Assembly: GCA_035221665.1 (NCBI GenBank) | Contig: CM069160.1 | Span: forward strand, 6,510,001-6,574,000 | DNA length: 64,000 nt | Reading direction: 5' to 3' | From: Okamejei kenojei | Taxonomy: Eukaryota | In this document: in pieces, positions 49,501 through 60,900 of the stretch | How the letters are laid out: each line of letters starts with the position of its first letter | How positions within the stretch are numbered: the stretch's first letter is position 1 | The notes under the pieces: model-generated | Databases searched by the model: none | Told to the model about the DNA's origin: nothing | What the model saw: only the letters and a program-made list of their open reading frames with translations | Program-made: the position numbers and the translations under genes

Positions 49501-50578
49501 CCCTCTCTCCCCACCCACCCCTCGATCTCCCTCACCCCTCCAACTCCTCCTCCTTCTTCCGTCCAACTTCCCCTCCACCCCCTCCCCTCGTTCTCCCCCC
49601 CTTCACCCCTCCATCTCCCTCCCACCCTTCCCGTCCACATGTCCCCGTCCCTCCCGTCATCTCGCCCTCCCTTCAGGTCATTTCCCCCTCCCCTCTACTC
49701 GACCACCTCCCCCCAGACCCCGAGCCGGCCTTGTGCTGGTGTTTCGCTGTCGGCGAGCCGGTGTCCCGGTGTCGGGGCCGAGCCCAGCCCTGACCTGCGG
49801 CCGGTCCCACTCTTCCCGGTCACAGCCCAGCCCATGTCCGCTGTGCGATTGGGTTGAGAGCTGACGGGGCAGCTGGTGAATCTGTGTGTTTAGACCCAGC
49901 TGATGCGGGGCCTGGTCACCAACTGTGTCTCTGTTTTACAGCGGGGAGGAGCGGCTACATTCCCACCCAGAGTAAGTTGCCGTCAAATCACAGCTCCATC
50001 CCTGTTACACAATGTCTTACACATTGTTACTGTGTCTGTGTCTGCGCGCGTCCGTGTGACCCTGCGCATGTCCGTGTGTGTCTGCGCATGCCCGTGTGTG
50101 TCTGCGCGCGTCCGTGTGTATCTGCGCGTGTCCGTGTCTGTCTGCGCGCGTCCGCCTGTGCCTGCGCCTGTCCTTGTGTGTCTGAGCGCGTCCGTGTGTG
50201 TCTGCGCGCGACCGTGTGTGCCTGCACGCGCCCGTTTGACCCTGAGCGCGTCCGTGTGTGTCTGCGCGCACCCGTGTGTGCCTGCGCGCGTCCGTGTGTG
50301 CCTGCGCTCGTCCGTGTAACTGTGCATGTGTCCACACTGTGGCCGTCTTTGTGCGTCCCCGCCACTGCTCCCTCCCCCCATGTACGTGTCCGTGCGAGTC
50401 CCCGTACCTCTGTGCGCATCCCCGTGCTCGCGTGAGCGCGCATGTGGCCGCGTGCGTGTGTCCGTCTGTCGGCGCCTCACTGCACCCACGGCATTACCAG
50501 TTGAGTTTAACGCCGCTCCTTCCGTCCGCAGCCACGGAGCGCGGGGAAATCTCATCACACTCCTCTGCTCCAGCCTGA
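35613..50578 (+). CDS. UAA: MHC class I heavy chain, elasmobranch UAA-like lineage (7 coding exons; TM exon out of frame as assembled)
   Basis: Exons 35613-35679, 40889-41149, 42328-42600, 48172-48435, 48773-48879, 49942-49971, 50532-50578, all with GT-AG introns and class I domain motifs; lineage label is from recalled similarity. Confidence 0.9.
36300..36640 (-). mobile_element. Penelope-like RT fragment
   Basis: rc FRYINDCI...FITN...DISVS.TGDRLLTDICCKPTDSHSYLHY. Confidence 0.7.
36690..37925 (+). mobile_element. CR1-type LINE 3' region interrupted by a Penelope fragment
   Basis: SKFVDDTKLGG...YRALMRPHLEYC; ggccacagattaagaa repeated either side of the insert at ~37350-37660. Confidence 0.8.
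37370..37660 (+). mobile_element. Penelope-like 3' end (GIY-YIG C-terminus plus hammerhead-bearing tail)
   Basis: KLEEQHLIFRLGSLHPNSMNTDFSNFR*, then TTGAAAAAGGGTTTCGGCCCGAAACGTT. Confidence 0.72.
37925..38745 (-). mobile_element. CR1-type LINE 3' fragment
   Basis: (TTTCTATG)n tail; FRTEMRKSFFTQRVVNLWNSLP; DKCEVIHFG. Confidence 0.87.
40889..41149 (+). CDS. MHC class I exon 2, alpha1
   Basis: GSHSLRYFYTGV...PEFTIVGYVD...DYWKRETQ...MSRTNQSG; Y7, Y59, R84 and N86 glycan site; 261 nt, phase 1-1. Confidence 0.97.
41157..42292 (+). repeat. Minisatellite filling MHC intron 2, unit ~GGGGGATGTACCACGTGTGTGTGT
   Basis: About 45 tandem copies of 22-30 nt. Confidence 0.95.
42328..42600 (+). CDS. MHC class I exon 3, alpha2
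   Basis: IHTFQQMYGCEL...WDGEDFISFDK...TKHKL...YLEETCIEWLRKY; C101/C164 pair; 273 nt, phase 1-1. Confidence 0.97.
42630..46760 (+). repeat. Multi-kb CT-rich low-complexity tracts in intron 3 (CR1 fragment at ~45440-45765, N gap 44005-44152)
   Basis: Almost pure polypyrimidine on the + strand. Confidence 0.9.
46755..47762 (-). mobile_element. CR1-type LINE RT fragment
   Basis: YVNDVD...VAKFADDAKIGG...RSFRKEMSRNVFSQKVANLW. Confidence 0.87.
47765..48165 (+). repeat. 15-bp tandem repeat CTCACTGTCTCCCCC ending at the exon 4 acceptor
   Basis: About 26 copies. Confidence 0.9.
48172..48435 (+). CDS. MHC class I exon 4, alpha3 (Ig C1)
   Basis: VQPEVSIF...SCFTTGFYPRSIEV...LPNHDGTFQ...SCRVEHPGL; 264 nt, phase 1-1. 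Confidence 0.96.
48773..48879 (+). CDS. MHC class I exon 5, connecting peptide/transmembrane; frame discordant
   Basis: ctctttcag acceptor, gtgaga donor; hydrophobic IIMFVVLAALTVAAAVGG in the phase-0 frame only; 107 nt. Confidence 0.75.
49942..49971 (+). CDS. MHC class I exon 6, cytoplasmic Tyr motif
   Basis: gttttacag|(A)GRSGYIPTQ-|gtaagt; 30 nt, phase 1-1. Confidence 0.85.
50030..50330 (+). repeat. 20-bp CpG-rich tandem repeat TGTGTCTGCGCGCGTCCGTG
   Basis: About 14 copies in intron 6. Confidence 0.9.
50532..50578 (+). CDS. MHC class I exon 7, Ser-rich cytoplasmic end with stop
   Basis: ccttccgtccgcag|(T)TERGEISSHSSAPA*G|gtagga. Confidence 0.85.
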
Positions 50579-51624
50579 GGTAGGACCCGGCCCCCTCACA
50601 ACTCACACCCGGTTGGGTGGGGGGGGGGGGGGGTGGGTGGAGGGTATTGGGGTTGTGCGGTTAATTCCCCTGTGGGGGTGGCGTTTATTCTGGTGGAGGG
50701 AGGGGGGCAGTGAGTTTAATTCCCGGTGGGGGGCGGGTTACTATTAACACCGCGGAGGAGGGGGGGTTATTCCCGGCGGCGGAGCGGTGAGTTCCCCGTT
50801 GCGAGAGGTGGAGTTATATCCCGTGGGGGGAAGGGGCTGCAGTTTGTGTGTATGTGGGGGCGGGGGGGGGGGGGGGGGGGGTGGGGGTGGTGGGGGAGGG
50901 TTGTGCCAGCGGTGTGTGTGTGGGGGGAGGGGGCGTTTTATCCAGTAAGGGGACGGGTGGGTATTCCCGGCGGGCGCAGTTATTCCCGGGGCGGGGGTTG
51001 TGTGTGGGGGGTGGGNNNNNNNNNNNNNNNNNNNNNNNNNNNNNNNNNNNNNNNNNNNNNNNNNNNNNNNNNNNNNNNNNNNNNNNNNNNNNNNNNNNNN
51101 NNNNNNNNNNNNNNNNNNNNNNNNNNNNNNNNNNNNNNNNNNNNNNNNNNNNNNNNNNNNNNNNNNNNNNNNNNNNNNNNNNNNNNNNNNNNNNNNNNNN
51201 NNNNNNNNNNNNNNNNNNNNNNNNNNNNNNNNNNNNNNNNNNNNNNNNNNNNNNNNNNNNNNNNNNAAGGGGAGGTGCGGGTATTACCGGGGTGGCAGTT
51301 ATTCCCTGGGTGGGGGCGGTTTTATTGCTGATAATTGAGGGGATGGTGGGCGTCACATACATAACAGTGACATTAAAGAGACTTGTGGATGGACACGTGT
51401 AGATGCGGGGAGCGGGGGGAGGGGGAGGGTGACGCGCTGACAGATGGTTGGTCTCGGCAGTATGGTCGGCACAGACAGTGTGGTCCGAAGGGCCTGCTGT
51501 TGTGCTGTACTGTCCTGCGGTGCAGGGGGAGGGGGGTTTTATTCCCGACAGAGGCCGGAGGTCAGTACTCCAGCTACACGCGTGGGCTTGCGTCGCTCTG
51601 CAACCAACTCTCTCTCTCCCCCAG

Positions 51625-52135
51625 GGCCGCCGTGTCCCGCCCCGGTACAGGAGCGTCGGTGAAGAGCGGGACAAGTTGGCGGGGTTTCTGCTTTGGGGGG
51701 CGGGGGGCGTGGACTGTAATCGTGGGGTGATGGGTGAACAATGAGCGCATCTACAGCTGATTTGGTGATTTGGACTTTGCGCTTCGCTCTCTGGGACGCT
51801 GCTCATTTACTGACTGCACTGGGGGGGGGGGGGGGGTGCTGCTTGCCGTAATGTTCCTGCAATGACGGGGTTCAGGGGGGAACAGTCCCGATCAACATCT
51901 GGTGGCAATCACAGCTGGAGCGTTGCAGCGCTGGTTGACCCGAGGCCCAGAGCCGGTCGGGGGACGGAGTGGGAGGGTTCCTGGCGTTGATATGGCGTTG
52001 GCGATACAACCACCCGCGGACTGTGGGGTTGGGGGTTGGGGTGTTCAGGGAATGCGATTCTTTGCTGGGGGGGGCGTGTTCTGCTTCACTGTCGCGACAT
52101 AAATGTTCAATAAAATCCAGTGTTTTCTCCAGCTG
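51625..52135 (+). other. Probable MHC class I 3'UTR exon 8
   Basis: ctctctctcccccag acceptor; AATAAA followed by a GT-rich tract. Confidence 0.6.
52109..52114 (+). terminator. Polyadenylation signal
   Basis: AATAAA with downstream TGTCTGTCTGT/GTGGTGGTG. Confidence 0.6.
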
Positions 52136-52261
52136 TCTGTCTGTCCGTGGCTGCTTGTGGTGGTGATGGGGAGGGTGGGGTCACAGGCATTGGGAGGGAG
52201 CGCAGAGGGACGCGCCGTGGGTGGGTGTGGGGAAGTTGCCAGGACATCTGTGACCGGGGAG

Positions 52262-52570
52262 AGCACGGACGGTGGCGCAGCGGTAGAGTTGCTGCCTCAC
52301 TGCGCCGGAGACCCGGGCTCGATCCTGACTACGGCTGCCATCTGTACGGAGCTTGTAGGTTCTCCCCGTGACCGCGTGGGTTTCCTCCGGGGTCGCCGGT
52401 TTCCTCCACACTCCAATGACTTACATGTTTGAAGGTTAATTGGCTTGGTGAAATTGTAAATTGTCCCTGGTGTGCGTAGGATAATGTTAGTGTGCGGGGA
52501 TTGCTGATTCGATGCGGACTCGATGGGCTGAAGGGCCCGTTTCCGCGCTGTATCTCTAAACTAATGTAAA
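52262..52570 (+). mobile_element. Full-length tRNA-derived SINE (HE1/V-SINE-like)
   Basis: A box TGGCGCAGCGG, B box GGCTCGATCC, central GTGGGTTTCCTCCGGG domain, LINE-like tail ending tatctctaaactaa. Confidence 0.85.
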
Positions 52571-53185
52571 CTGAACCCGGAGCGCTGGAGAACGGACCGG
52601 GAGATTGTAACGTGTCTGGGAGACAGTGCTGGACTTCAGCAAGCGATGCGGTCCACACACCCCGGTGTACATTAGCGGCGCCGGAGTTTGAAAACTCCAG
52701 GTAATGAGCAGTGAACATCAGCAGTAACCTGTCCTGGAGCAGCGCGGCCAATCCCTCTCCCATCCGACAAGAGGTACAGAAGTGTGAAAACGCACCCCAC
52801 CTGATTCAGGCAGTTTCTTCCCAGCTGTTCTCAGGTAACTGAACCATCCTATCACCAATTAGCCGTCCTCACCTCATCTTCCTCATCGGGGACCCTCGGA
52901 CTACCTTTAATCCACTTTATCTTGCATTTCACATGATACCATTTCTCCAGTATCTGTGCACTGTGGACGGCTGGATTGTAATCATGGACAGGCTATCCGC
53001 TCACTGGATAGCACATCACTAAAGATCGTTTCACTGAACCTCGGTACAGGTGAGAACAATAAACTACATTAATCTAAACGAAGTGCCGGTCACCTCTTAT
53101 GCCAACTCGGCAACAGCAGACTGGTTTAACCCCAGCGCCTTACGCGTTTGATGAAATTATATAATGGGGTCCCTGCTAGACACTA

Positions 53186-53776
53186 AGGGTGGCGCGGTGG
53201 GGTAGTGGTAGAGTTGCTGCTATGCATCCCCCGGGACCCCTGGTTCGATACCGACTACCGGTACTGTCTGTACGGAGTTTGTACATTCTCGTTGTGACCG
53301 CATGCGATGTCTCCGGGATTTCCTGTTTCCACCCATACTCCAAAGATGTACAGGTTTGCGGGTTAATTGGCTTGGTAAACTTGTCAATTGCCTCTAGTGT
53401 GTGGAGCATAGTTTCGCTTTTAGTTTAATTTAGAGACCCAACACGGAAACAAGCCCTTCGGCCGACCGAGTCGGTGCCGACCAGTGATCCCCTCACACTA
53501 ACACTATCCTACACACACTGGGTGTCATTTACTATGTTACCAAGCCAATTAACCTACACACCTGAACATCATTGTGTTGTGTGGGTGGAAACCGGAGCAC
53601 TCGGAGAAAACCCACGCAGCTCACGGGGAGAACGTGGGTCTGTGGCGCTGTAAGGTAGCAACTCTACAGCCCTTGTTAATGTTAATTAACGATAGTGTAA
53701 TGCGTCACTGGTCAGTGTTGGCTCGGTGGGCAGAACGGCCTGTTTCCGCGCTGCATATTTAAACTAAACTAAACTA
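53186..53776. mobile_element. + strand SINE with an antisense SINE (~53415-53670) nested inside
   Basis: Head 53186-53410, inverted copy, then the resumed tail ending (TAAAC)n. Confidence 0.75.
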
Positions 53777-53959
53777 AGGCAACGTCTGAAGACAGAGACA
53801 CAAACAAACTGGAGTAAGGGGACAGGCAGCATCTCTGGAGAGAAGGAACGGGTAACGTTTCGCGTCGAAGTCCTTCTTCAGAGGGTCTCTACCCGAAGCG
53901 TCCGCCTTCCCTCCTCTCCAGAGACGCTGCTTGAACCGATCAGTTCCTCCAGCATTTTG

Positions 53960-55097
53960 TGTCTGTCTTCGGTCTTGTGTCTGGAAGGCTTTCTGCTCCC
54001 TGGTTGGCTCCGCCGTCAGCCTCTCATCTGGGTTCCATCCACAATCTCACGGCCAGGTCGGAGAGAGACAACCAGGACCCAGTGACCACCCTACGTTGCC
54101 TGGTGTCCGCCAATCCTACCTCCTGGTCTAGTAAACTGATGTGGATTCAATATGTCCACAATTCCGGCCCAGTTCAGCCACCGGCCTATCTCCATTCCAC
54201 TGTTCCCGAGGTTACCAGCCACCTCTATTCCCACACCAAGAGGAGAAGGTCTCCGTTCCCTCTGCCCAGCGGTTTGTGCGCCGCGGACGTCGGACCTGGA
54301 GGGAGGCCCGTTCTGCCCTGCGCCACACCGCTTCCAGGTAAAGATGACGGGCGGATCATCACCGGACCCGTGCCCCTCGCTACCGCCCTGGGCAGAGGAT
54401 CTGGCTGTCCACCCGACACTTCGTCCTCCGCGTTGAATCCAGTAAGTTGACACTCCGGTTTATTGGTCCAATCACTGTTCTCAGAGCCACCAACCGCTCT
54501 GCTGTCCGCCTTAGACTGTCCCGACCTATGCGTATTCACCCCAACTTTCATGCATCCCGGGTTAAGCCTGAATCTTCCAGCTCCCTGTCTCCAACTCCTC
54601 TGCTACCTCCGCCACCCCGCATCATTGACGGTGGTCCCGCGTACATGATGAAGCGACTGCTGAAGTGCCGGCGGCGTAGCAGATGGATCCAGTACCTGAT
54701 TGACTGGGAGGGCTACGGACCAGAGGAGAGGAGCTGGATCCATGCCCGTGACACCCTGGACCGTTCCCTCATCCGTGGTTTTCATCAACAGCATCCGTAT
54801 CAGTCTAGGAGGCCGCCAGGAGGTGTCCGTGGGAGGGGGACTCCTGTTACACCTGCCACGTCTCCAGACAGTTGAAAATCTCCACATTCCTCCCCTGATC
54901 TAATCATAAGTTACACTTGCATTTACCCTGATGCCCTCATCAGTCAAGGGTTATATGCCTGCTGTCTATATTCATTCCCTGCCGAATAATCCGTTCAGTA
55001 TTCAGTCGGTTACCTTCGCGTTTGGATGTTGGTTTTCTCCAGCACTTGTCTCGTTGTCCCTGCATTCGTGCCCTCTCCATTCCTGCGAATTGTGACA
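53960..55097 (+). mobile_element. Chromovirus-type Gypsy 3' remnant: integrase C-terminus, chromodomain, PPT, 3' LTR (54845-55097)
   Basis: SSGFHPQSHGQ.ER, RFIGP..V...[29 protein letters not shown]; GGGAGGGGGA PPT; TGTTAC...GTGACA. Confidence 0.85.
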
Positions 55098-55339
55098 CAG
55101 TTAACTTGAGTCCCATTAGCTGTAACTCATCAGGGGTTTGATTAATTCCAAATAAAATGTTTTCACCACAGTGAGGACGTTTATTTTTAGATCTACGTTA
55201 GAATGAAGTAAATTTGCGCCGCTGTGGGTGCCCTTCAGTCTTGGTAAACTCCAGAATACTTAGCATTTACTGGTGCAGATCTGCATTTTGAATTCAGTTC
55301 ATTTGAAATCCATTCAATATGTGTCCAAATTACTTAGAT

Positions 55340-55764
55340 AGGAACATGGAAGATAGGTGCAGCAGTAGGCCATTCGGCCCTTGAAGCCATTCAATATGAT
55401 GCTGGCTGATCATCCAAAATCAGCACCCTGTTCCTGATTTTTCCCCATATCGCTTGTTTCCGTTAGACCAACATCTGGCCTCCACTGCGATCTGTGGCAG
55501 AGAATTCCACAGATTCACAACTCTCTGGTGAAAACGTTTTTCCTCATCTCAGTCCTAAATGACACACCCCTTATTCTTGAAAGTTGACCCCTGGTCCTGG
55601 ACTCGCCCAATGTCGGGCAAGTTTTTTCTGCATCCGGCCTGCCCAATCCCTTAAGAATTGTATTTGGCTCCATAAGATCCTTTCTCATCCTTTCTATAAG
55701 ATGCCCTCTCATCCTTCTAAATGTCCGTAAATATAAGCCCAGCCGATCCATTCTTTCATCATAT
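55340..55764 (-). mobile_element. CR1-type LINE 3' fragment, continues at 59817-59950
   Basis: Tail and RT C-terminus; sequence resumes collinearly after the LINE at 55765-59816. Confidence 0.75.
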
Positions 55765-58700
55765 ATCAGGCAACAAGGAGGGACCGTCGTTCGGACTGAA
55801 GGAGGGGTGAGCTGACGCCGCTAATGGTGGCGGCGGAGCAGCACGGCCTCGAAGCTGTGGGTCAGGCTGCCCGCCGAATGGTGGGCAGGCCGAAGCTCTC
55901 TCATCGCTGGCGGCCATCAAGGCAGAGCTGGACGCGACGCAATGTCTGATGGAGAGCGGGGGGGGGGGGGGGGGGCAGTCAGACCAACGCCTTGGGAATG
56001 GCCCCACCTTTCCACGCTCAAGGAGAGGAATATCGGGGATGAAAGAACAACAAGAGGCCCACCTCAGCTCTCACCATGGTCAACATTTTAATGGACGAAG
56101 AAATGTGTGTAATGGTGCTGATCAAAATGAGATTCATGGTGCCAAAAATATAGTGATTGCAATGAATATCAGCAATAAACATGGGATCAAAATCGCTGTT
56201 ATAAATTGCCGCAGTATAGAAGGGAAATCTACTGTGATAAATTCATTTGTTGAAACTAAAAATTCTGATAGCATTATCGGGTCTGAATTTTGGCCAGACC
56301 CATCAATCAAATCTGCTGAGATTTTCCCTCCTCATCTCCACTTTTAATGGAAAAGACAGAAACTCGCATGCAGGCGGTGTCTTCATCGGAGTTAACAATA
56401 TCTTTCCTTGTTTTGAAAGAACTGATTTAGTCAGCGACTCTGAGCAAATCTGGTGTCAAGCTACACTTCAAGGTCAGTCGTTACGGATCTGAAGCTTTTA
56501 CCGACCACTTGACAGGAAATCTGAGCGTCCTTCAGATTTTAAATTAAACATCTCCAAAATTAATGACTCGTCACGCTTTCCACTTATCATGCTGGGGGGT
56601 GAGTTCAGTGTTCCAGCTGTAGTTTGGTCTGACGGCACATAAAGCGAACCAAAAGAGGCTCTTCAGGAAGCCCTGGCTGACCCTATACTGGAAAATCGCC
56701 TGTACTAAAATGTCACTTTCCCTACCAGGCGTGATGATACAAGTGGCACCGAAAATACTTTAGATTTATTGCTGAATTCGCAGCCAGATTTAATTTCGGA
56801 GGTTTCATCGTGTGCTGGAATCAGCGATTATCATATTATCCAAGCAAAACTGCACACAAAGTTCCTTCAAAACCACCACGTAAAATTTCCCTGTGGAGAA
56901 AAGTGAACTGTGAGGAATTTAAAGACTTGGCAAAAAAAAACTGGGGAAAGGTTTCTTGAACATGCAACCAGATAAAAGGTCCGTAAAAGACAACTGGGTG
57001 TGGCTGAGGGAATCTTTAAATGACATTGTTACAAATCATGTTCCGCAAAAGCTCATGAAGGGCCGTATGCGTCCTCCTTGGTTTTCGGCAAAACTGAAAC
57101 GTCTTTGCAGTAAGAAAGAGAGTTTTATATCCGCGCCAAAAGAAGGGATACAACACTGGACTGGGAAAATTTTACTACAGCGCGAAAGCAAGTCGATAGT
57201 GCTTTGAGGAGGGCTCATAGACACCATTTCTAATATTTATGTTTCTTATATTCTGGAGGGAGAGCAGCCCAAGGCTTTTTGGAGATATGTGAAATCTAGA
57301 CGGGCAGACAACACTGGTGTCCAGATGCTTAAAACTCAGAATCAAAGTAAATTTTATTCGTCACATACAACCGAAGGAGCAGTGAAATGAACTTACGAGC
57401 AGCGATACAATAAAAAAAGAACATACAATACACAATAGGATTTAACACAAACATCCCCCACAGCATTCTTCACTGTGGTGGAAGGCAACACATTTCAGTC
57501 AGTCTTCCTCCTTTGTTCATCCGGGATCGCGGCCATAAACACAGGTCCTCTCGTCGCGATGATCAAACATCCATCGTCGGGACGGACAAACACAGTCCTC
57601 GGCTTGGAGTGCCTACCGGAGACCGCGACTTCAGGATGTTGTAGACCGCAGGCCGGCTGTCGGAGCTCTTCTCCGGCGATCCCTGGCAAGGAATTCCAGA
57701 CTCCGGATGGTAATTCGAGGCGACGCCTGCGGCTAGAAGCTCCGCAGACCACAACCCCATGATACCAGAGTCACAAGGCCAGCGTCAGAGCACTCCTCTT
57801 TGGTGACCCCCTGCGATGGAAAAGTCCACGCTGCGCCCGTGCTGAAACTCTGACGTTCTGGGCCAGACTCCAGGAAAGACCGCTACAAACCAAGCCGTTA
57901 GGCCGCGAGGGAGGCGGTATGGAAAATGTCGGCTCTCCGTCGAGGAGGCGACCGAAAGCCCCAGCCCCCCTCCCCCCAACTCTCCACCAAAGTCACACTA
58001 AGAGATACCTAAACTGACATTTTGACACACATAAAAAGTCGAAATAATGAACACGCTGCTGACAGGGCTGCCGATTCGCAGCGCGCCCACCTAGCGCCGA
58101 AAGTGAACAACTGTCAGATCACTGAGGACCAGGCGAAAGCAGCAGCTCAGCAAACCAATTTCAACACATTTTCACTCGGGAACATACGGAGTCTTCATCA
58201 TTCCCAGATCTGCCGCCCAGCCCGTGTGCTGATATGATTGCTATTAAAATTGAGGTTGGAGGTGTCAAGAAGTTATTGCTCAACATCAATACAACACACG
58301 CCAGGGACCAGACCACATTCAGAATCAAGCCCTCAAGATCGCGGCCGAAGAACTGGCTGATGTGTTGCAGTTCATTTTCCAACAGTCGCTTGACTCAGGT
58401 GATGTTGCGCTGGATTGGATGAAGGCTAACATCACTACACTCTTTCAGAATGGTTCAACCACCAACCCGGCGAATTATCATCCTGTTTCATTAACGAACA
58501 CTTGCTGAAAACTGCTGCAGCATTTAATCGATATTTATTTAATGAGGCAAACATAACATACTGGTTGACAACCAACATACATTTGGGAGGCATAAATCAT
58601 GCGAGTCTCAACTTATCCTGACCACAAATGACCTGGCCAAGGAACTTGATAGCAATGTCGTCACGGATTTATTTGTGCTAGAGGTTTTTAAAGCATTTGA

Positions 58701-59816
58701 TGTCATTCCATACCAGAGACTGCATGGGAAGCTTGAATTCTACGGTGTTCGTTCCAACACAAACCATGGATTTCCAGTTTTCTGACAAAACATATGTGTG
58801 CTAATGGAAAAAACCTCCGATTGGCGTCCAGTGTTGAGTGGTACACCTCAGGGCACAGTACTTGGCCCACATCTGTTTTTGCTTTACATTAATGACATCC
58901 ATGAAAAAGTCACAAGCACGACCAGACCATTCGCTGACGATTGTTTACTGTACCGTGCTATTAAGTGAGCTAATGATGAGGATGCTCTCCAAAAAGTTAT
59001 CGATACTATGGTTGAGTGGTCACAACAATAGGGCATGCAGTTCAACCCTTCCAAATGTGAAACCATTCGTGTCACCAGAAAGAGGAATCCAGGCAAAACA
59101 TCATACAATATCCTTGGTGCAACCCGTGAATAATCCAAGCAGACCAAGTATCGTGGCATCAAATTAATGAACGATCTGCGTTGGAATGGTGAGACTCATC
59201 AAGCAACGGTGAAAGCAACAGGTGTCCTAAATTTTCTGAGACGCAACTTTCATCATGGTTCAACTTCTAACAAGGAAAAGTTATACTTCACCCTCATTCG
59301 ACCACACTTGGACTACAGTTGCAGTATGTGACCCAAACACTAATAAAACATTTCTTCCATCGAACGTGTCCAAAGACAGGCAGCTCGATGTGTTACAGAT
59401 ACTTATGAGAGAGAGAAGCGTGTGTTACCAAACTTCTGAATTCACTGGGGTGGAACCCTCTCCAAACAGACGTAAAACACACCGTTTGACCTGTTTTTAC
59501 AAAATGTTGAATGGTCAGCTCGACATAGATTACCAAACCTACACTAAAGCCCAACCTATTAGGAGCAGACGATCGGATATGAGATACCAGCTGCAAAGAC
59601 AGATGTGTACAGCAATTCATTCTTCACCCGCACAATTAAAGAATGGAATAGTCTTCACCCTACCATAGTTACTCAAACAGACGCAACTAAATTCAAGCTA
59701 ACTCTTTTACTCCAATAACCCTTTTTTGCTTAAGTTCACCCTCCGCACCTCCAGTTTAAATGCCATTTGGAATATTTTTGGAGGACCAGGAAACCAAGAA
59801 AGAAACGAAGAAACAA
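55765..59816 (+). mobile_element. Near full-length decayed APE-RT non-LTR retrotransposon (CR1/L2 group, distinct family)
   Basis: IKIAVINCRS (APE), [60 protein letters not shown]-rich tail. Confidence 0.85.
57334..58099 (-). mobile_element. Non-autonomous retroposon inserted into the LINE ORF
   Basis: Host ORF GVQMLK|VNNCQITEDQAKA rejoins across it; rc 3' end TGACGAATAAAATTTACTTTG. Confidence 0.65.
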
Positions 59817-60389
59817 AGTCCCACCAACCCGAGAATTAACCCAGTGAACCTACGCTGCACTCCCTCAATGTCAAGAATGTCCTTCCTCAAATTAGGAGAC
59901 CAAACCTGCACACAATACTCTAGGTGTGTTCTCACCAGCATCCTGTATAATAGATAAAATGTACCAAGCAGAACTTGAATTATCAAAATGTATTATACCT
60001 TTTTCAAGATATTTTATCAGACCTCTTCACTCTAATTTCAACCGGTGATGTGTATGCCTATTTGCAGTAAACTTAGTTTACATAGTACGACACTACTGCA
60101 GAAAGGAATTGTTTTTCACTACGAACAACTTTGCTGTAGAATGACAAATGTTGTAAAGCTCAATTATGACATTGAGTCAAAATGTATTTCTTTAGTCATA
60201 CATGGGTCCTGCTCAATGCATTGTTGATCATAGCTGGCAATAGAACTGCTCTTGAAAATCGCAAGAGCGTCCACTGGCTCGCTGAAATGGCAAGTGACCA
60301 TCATGTTACATTTAAGTAGGATAATTTCTGCTTTGCTGTCTGATAGGAGGTAAATGGAGCATGTTTCAATATGCACTATGAAGCAAGTT

Positions 60390-60900
60390 ATCCAGAAATA
60401 GACACTGTGTTGGAGTAATTCAGTGGGTCAGCGAGCATCTGCGGAGAACATAAATACGCGGCTTTTAGTGTCGGGACCTTCTTCACACATTGCAGTTGGT
60501 GAGGGGGTCGGGGGTGGGTGAAGCTGGAAGAGACGAGTTACGGGGCAAAGCCGGACAAATGACACGTGGATACAGCGTCGCAATTGTTTTGAATGGTGGA
60601 TGATTGCACAAAGGACAGAGATGAAAACACAAACATTGAAGGACAAAGATACAAAGAAAGCGAACGCACATCATGCATCTAGCATTAGACAGTTCTGTTG
60701 CATCACGACCTCATTCAGCAACGTGAAGGCCGAGGTATCTCATGTTTCGCCTGGGCATCTTCCAACCCAGTGGTATGAATATTGTTTTATCTAACTACAA
60801 GTAACCCCTGCATTTGCTCTCTCTCCCTCCCCCTTTCCCACCAAAGTCGCACCAGCTTCTCGTTCTTGTCTAGCAAACAACTAACGATGGCCTGTTTACC
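60390..60900. mobile_element. Penelope-like fragments
   Basis: HVSPGHLPTQ/GMNIVLSNYK GIY-YIG tail remnant and shared pLTR-like sequence. Confidence 0.55.

Noticed and set aside
50579-51624. Intron downstream of the stop codon as an NMD trigger
   Set aside because: The junction is 1 nt after the stop, well inside the 50-nt rule
52262-52335. Possible tRNA gene
   Set aside because: The A/B boxes belong to a SINE head; no cloverleaf, and the sequence continues into SINE body and tail
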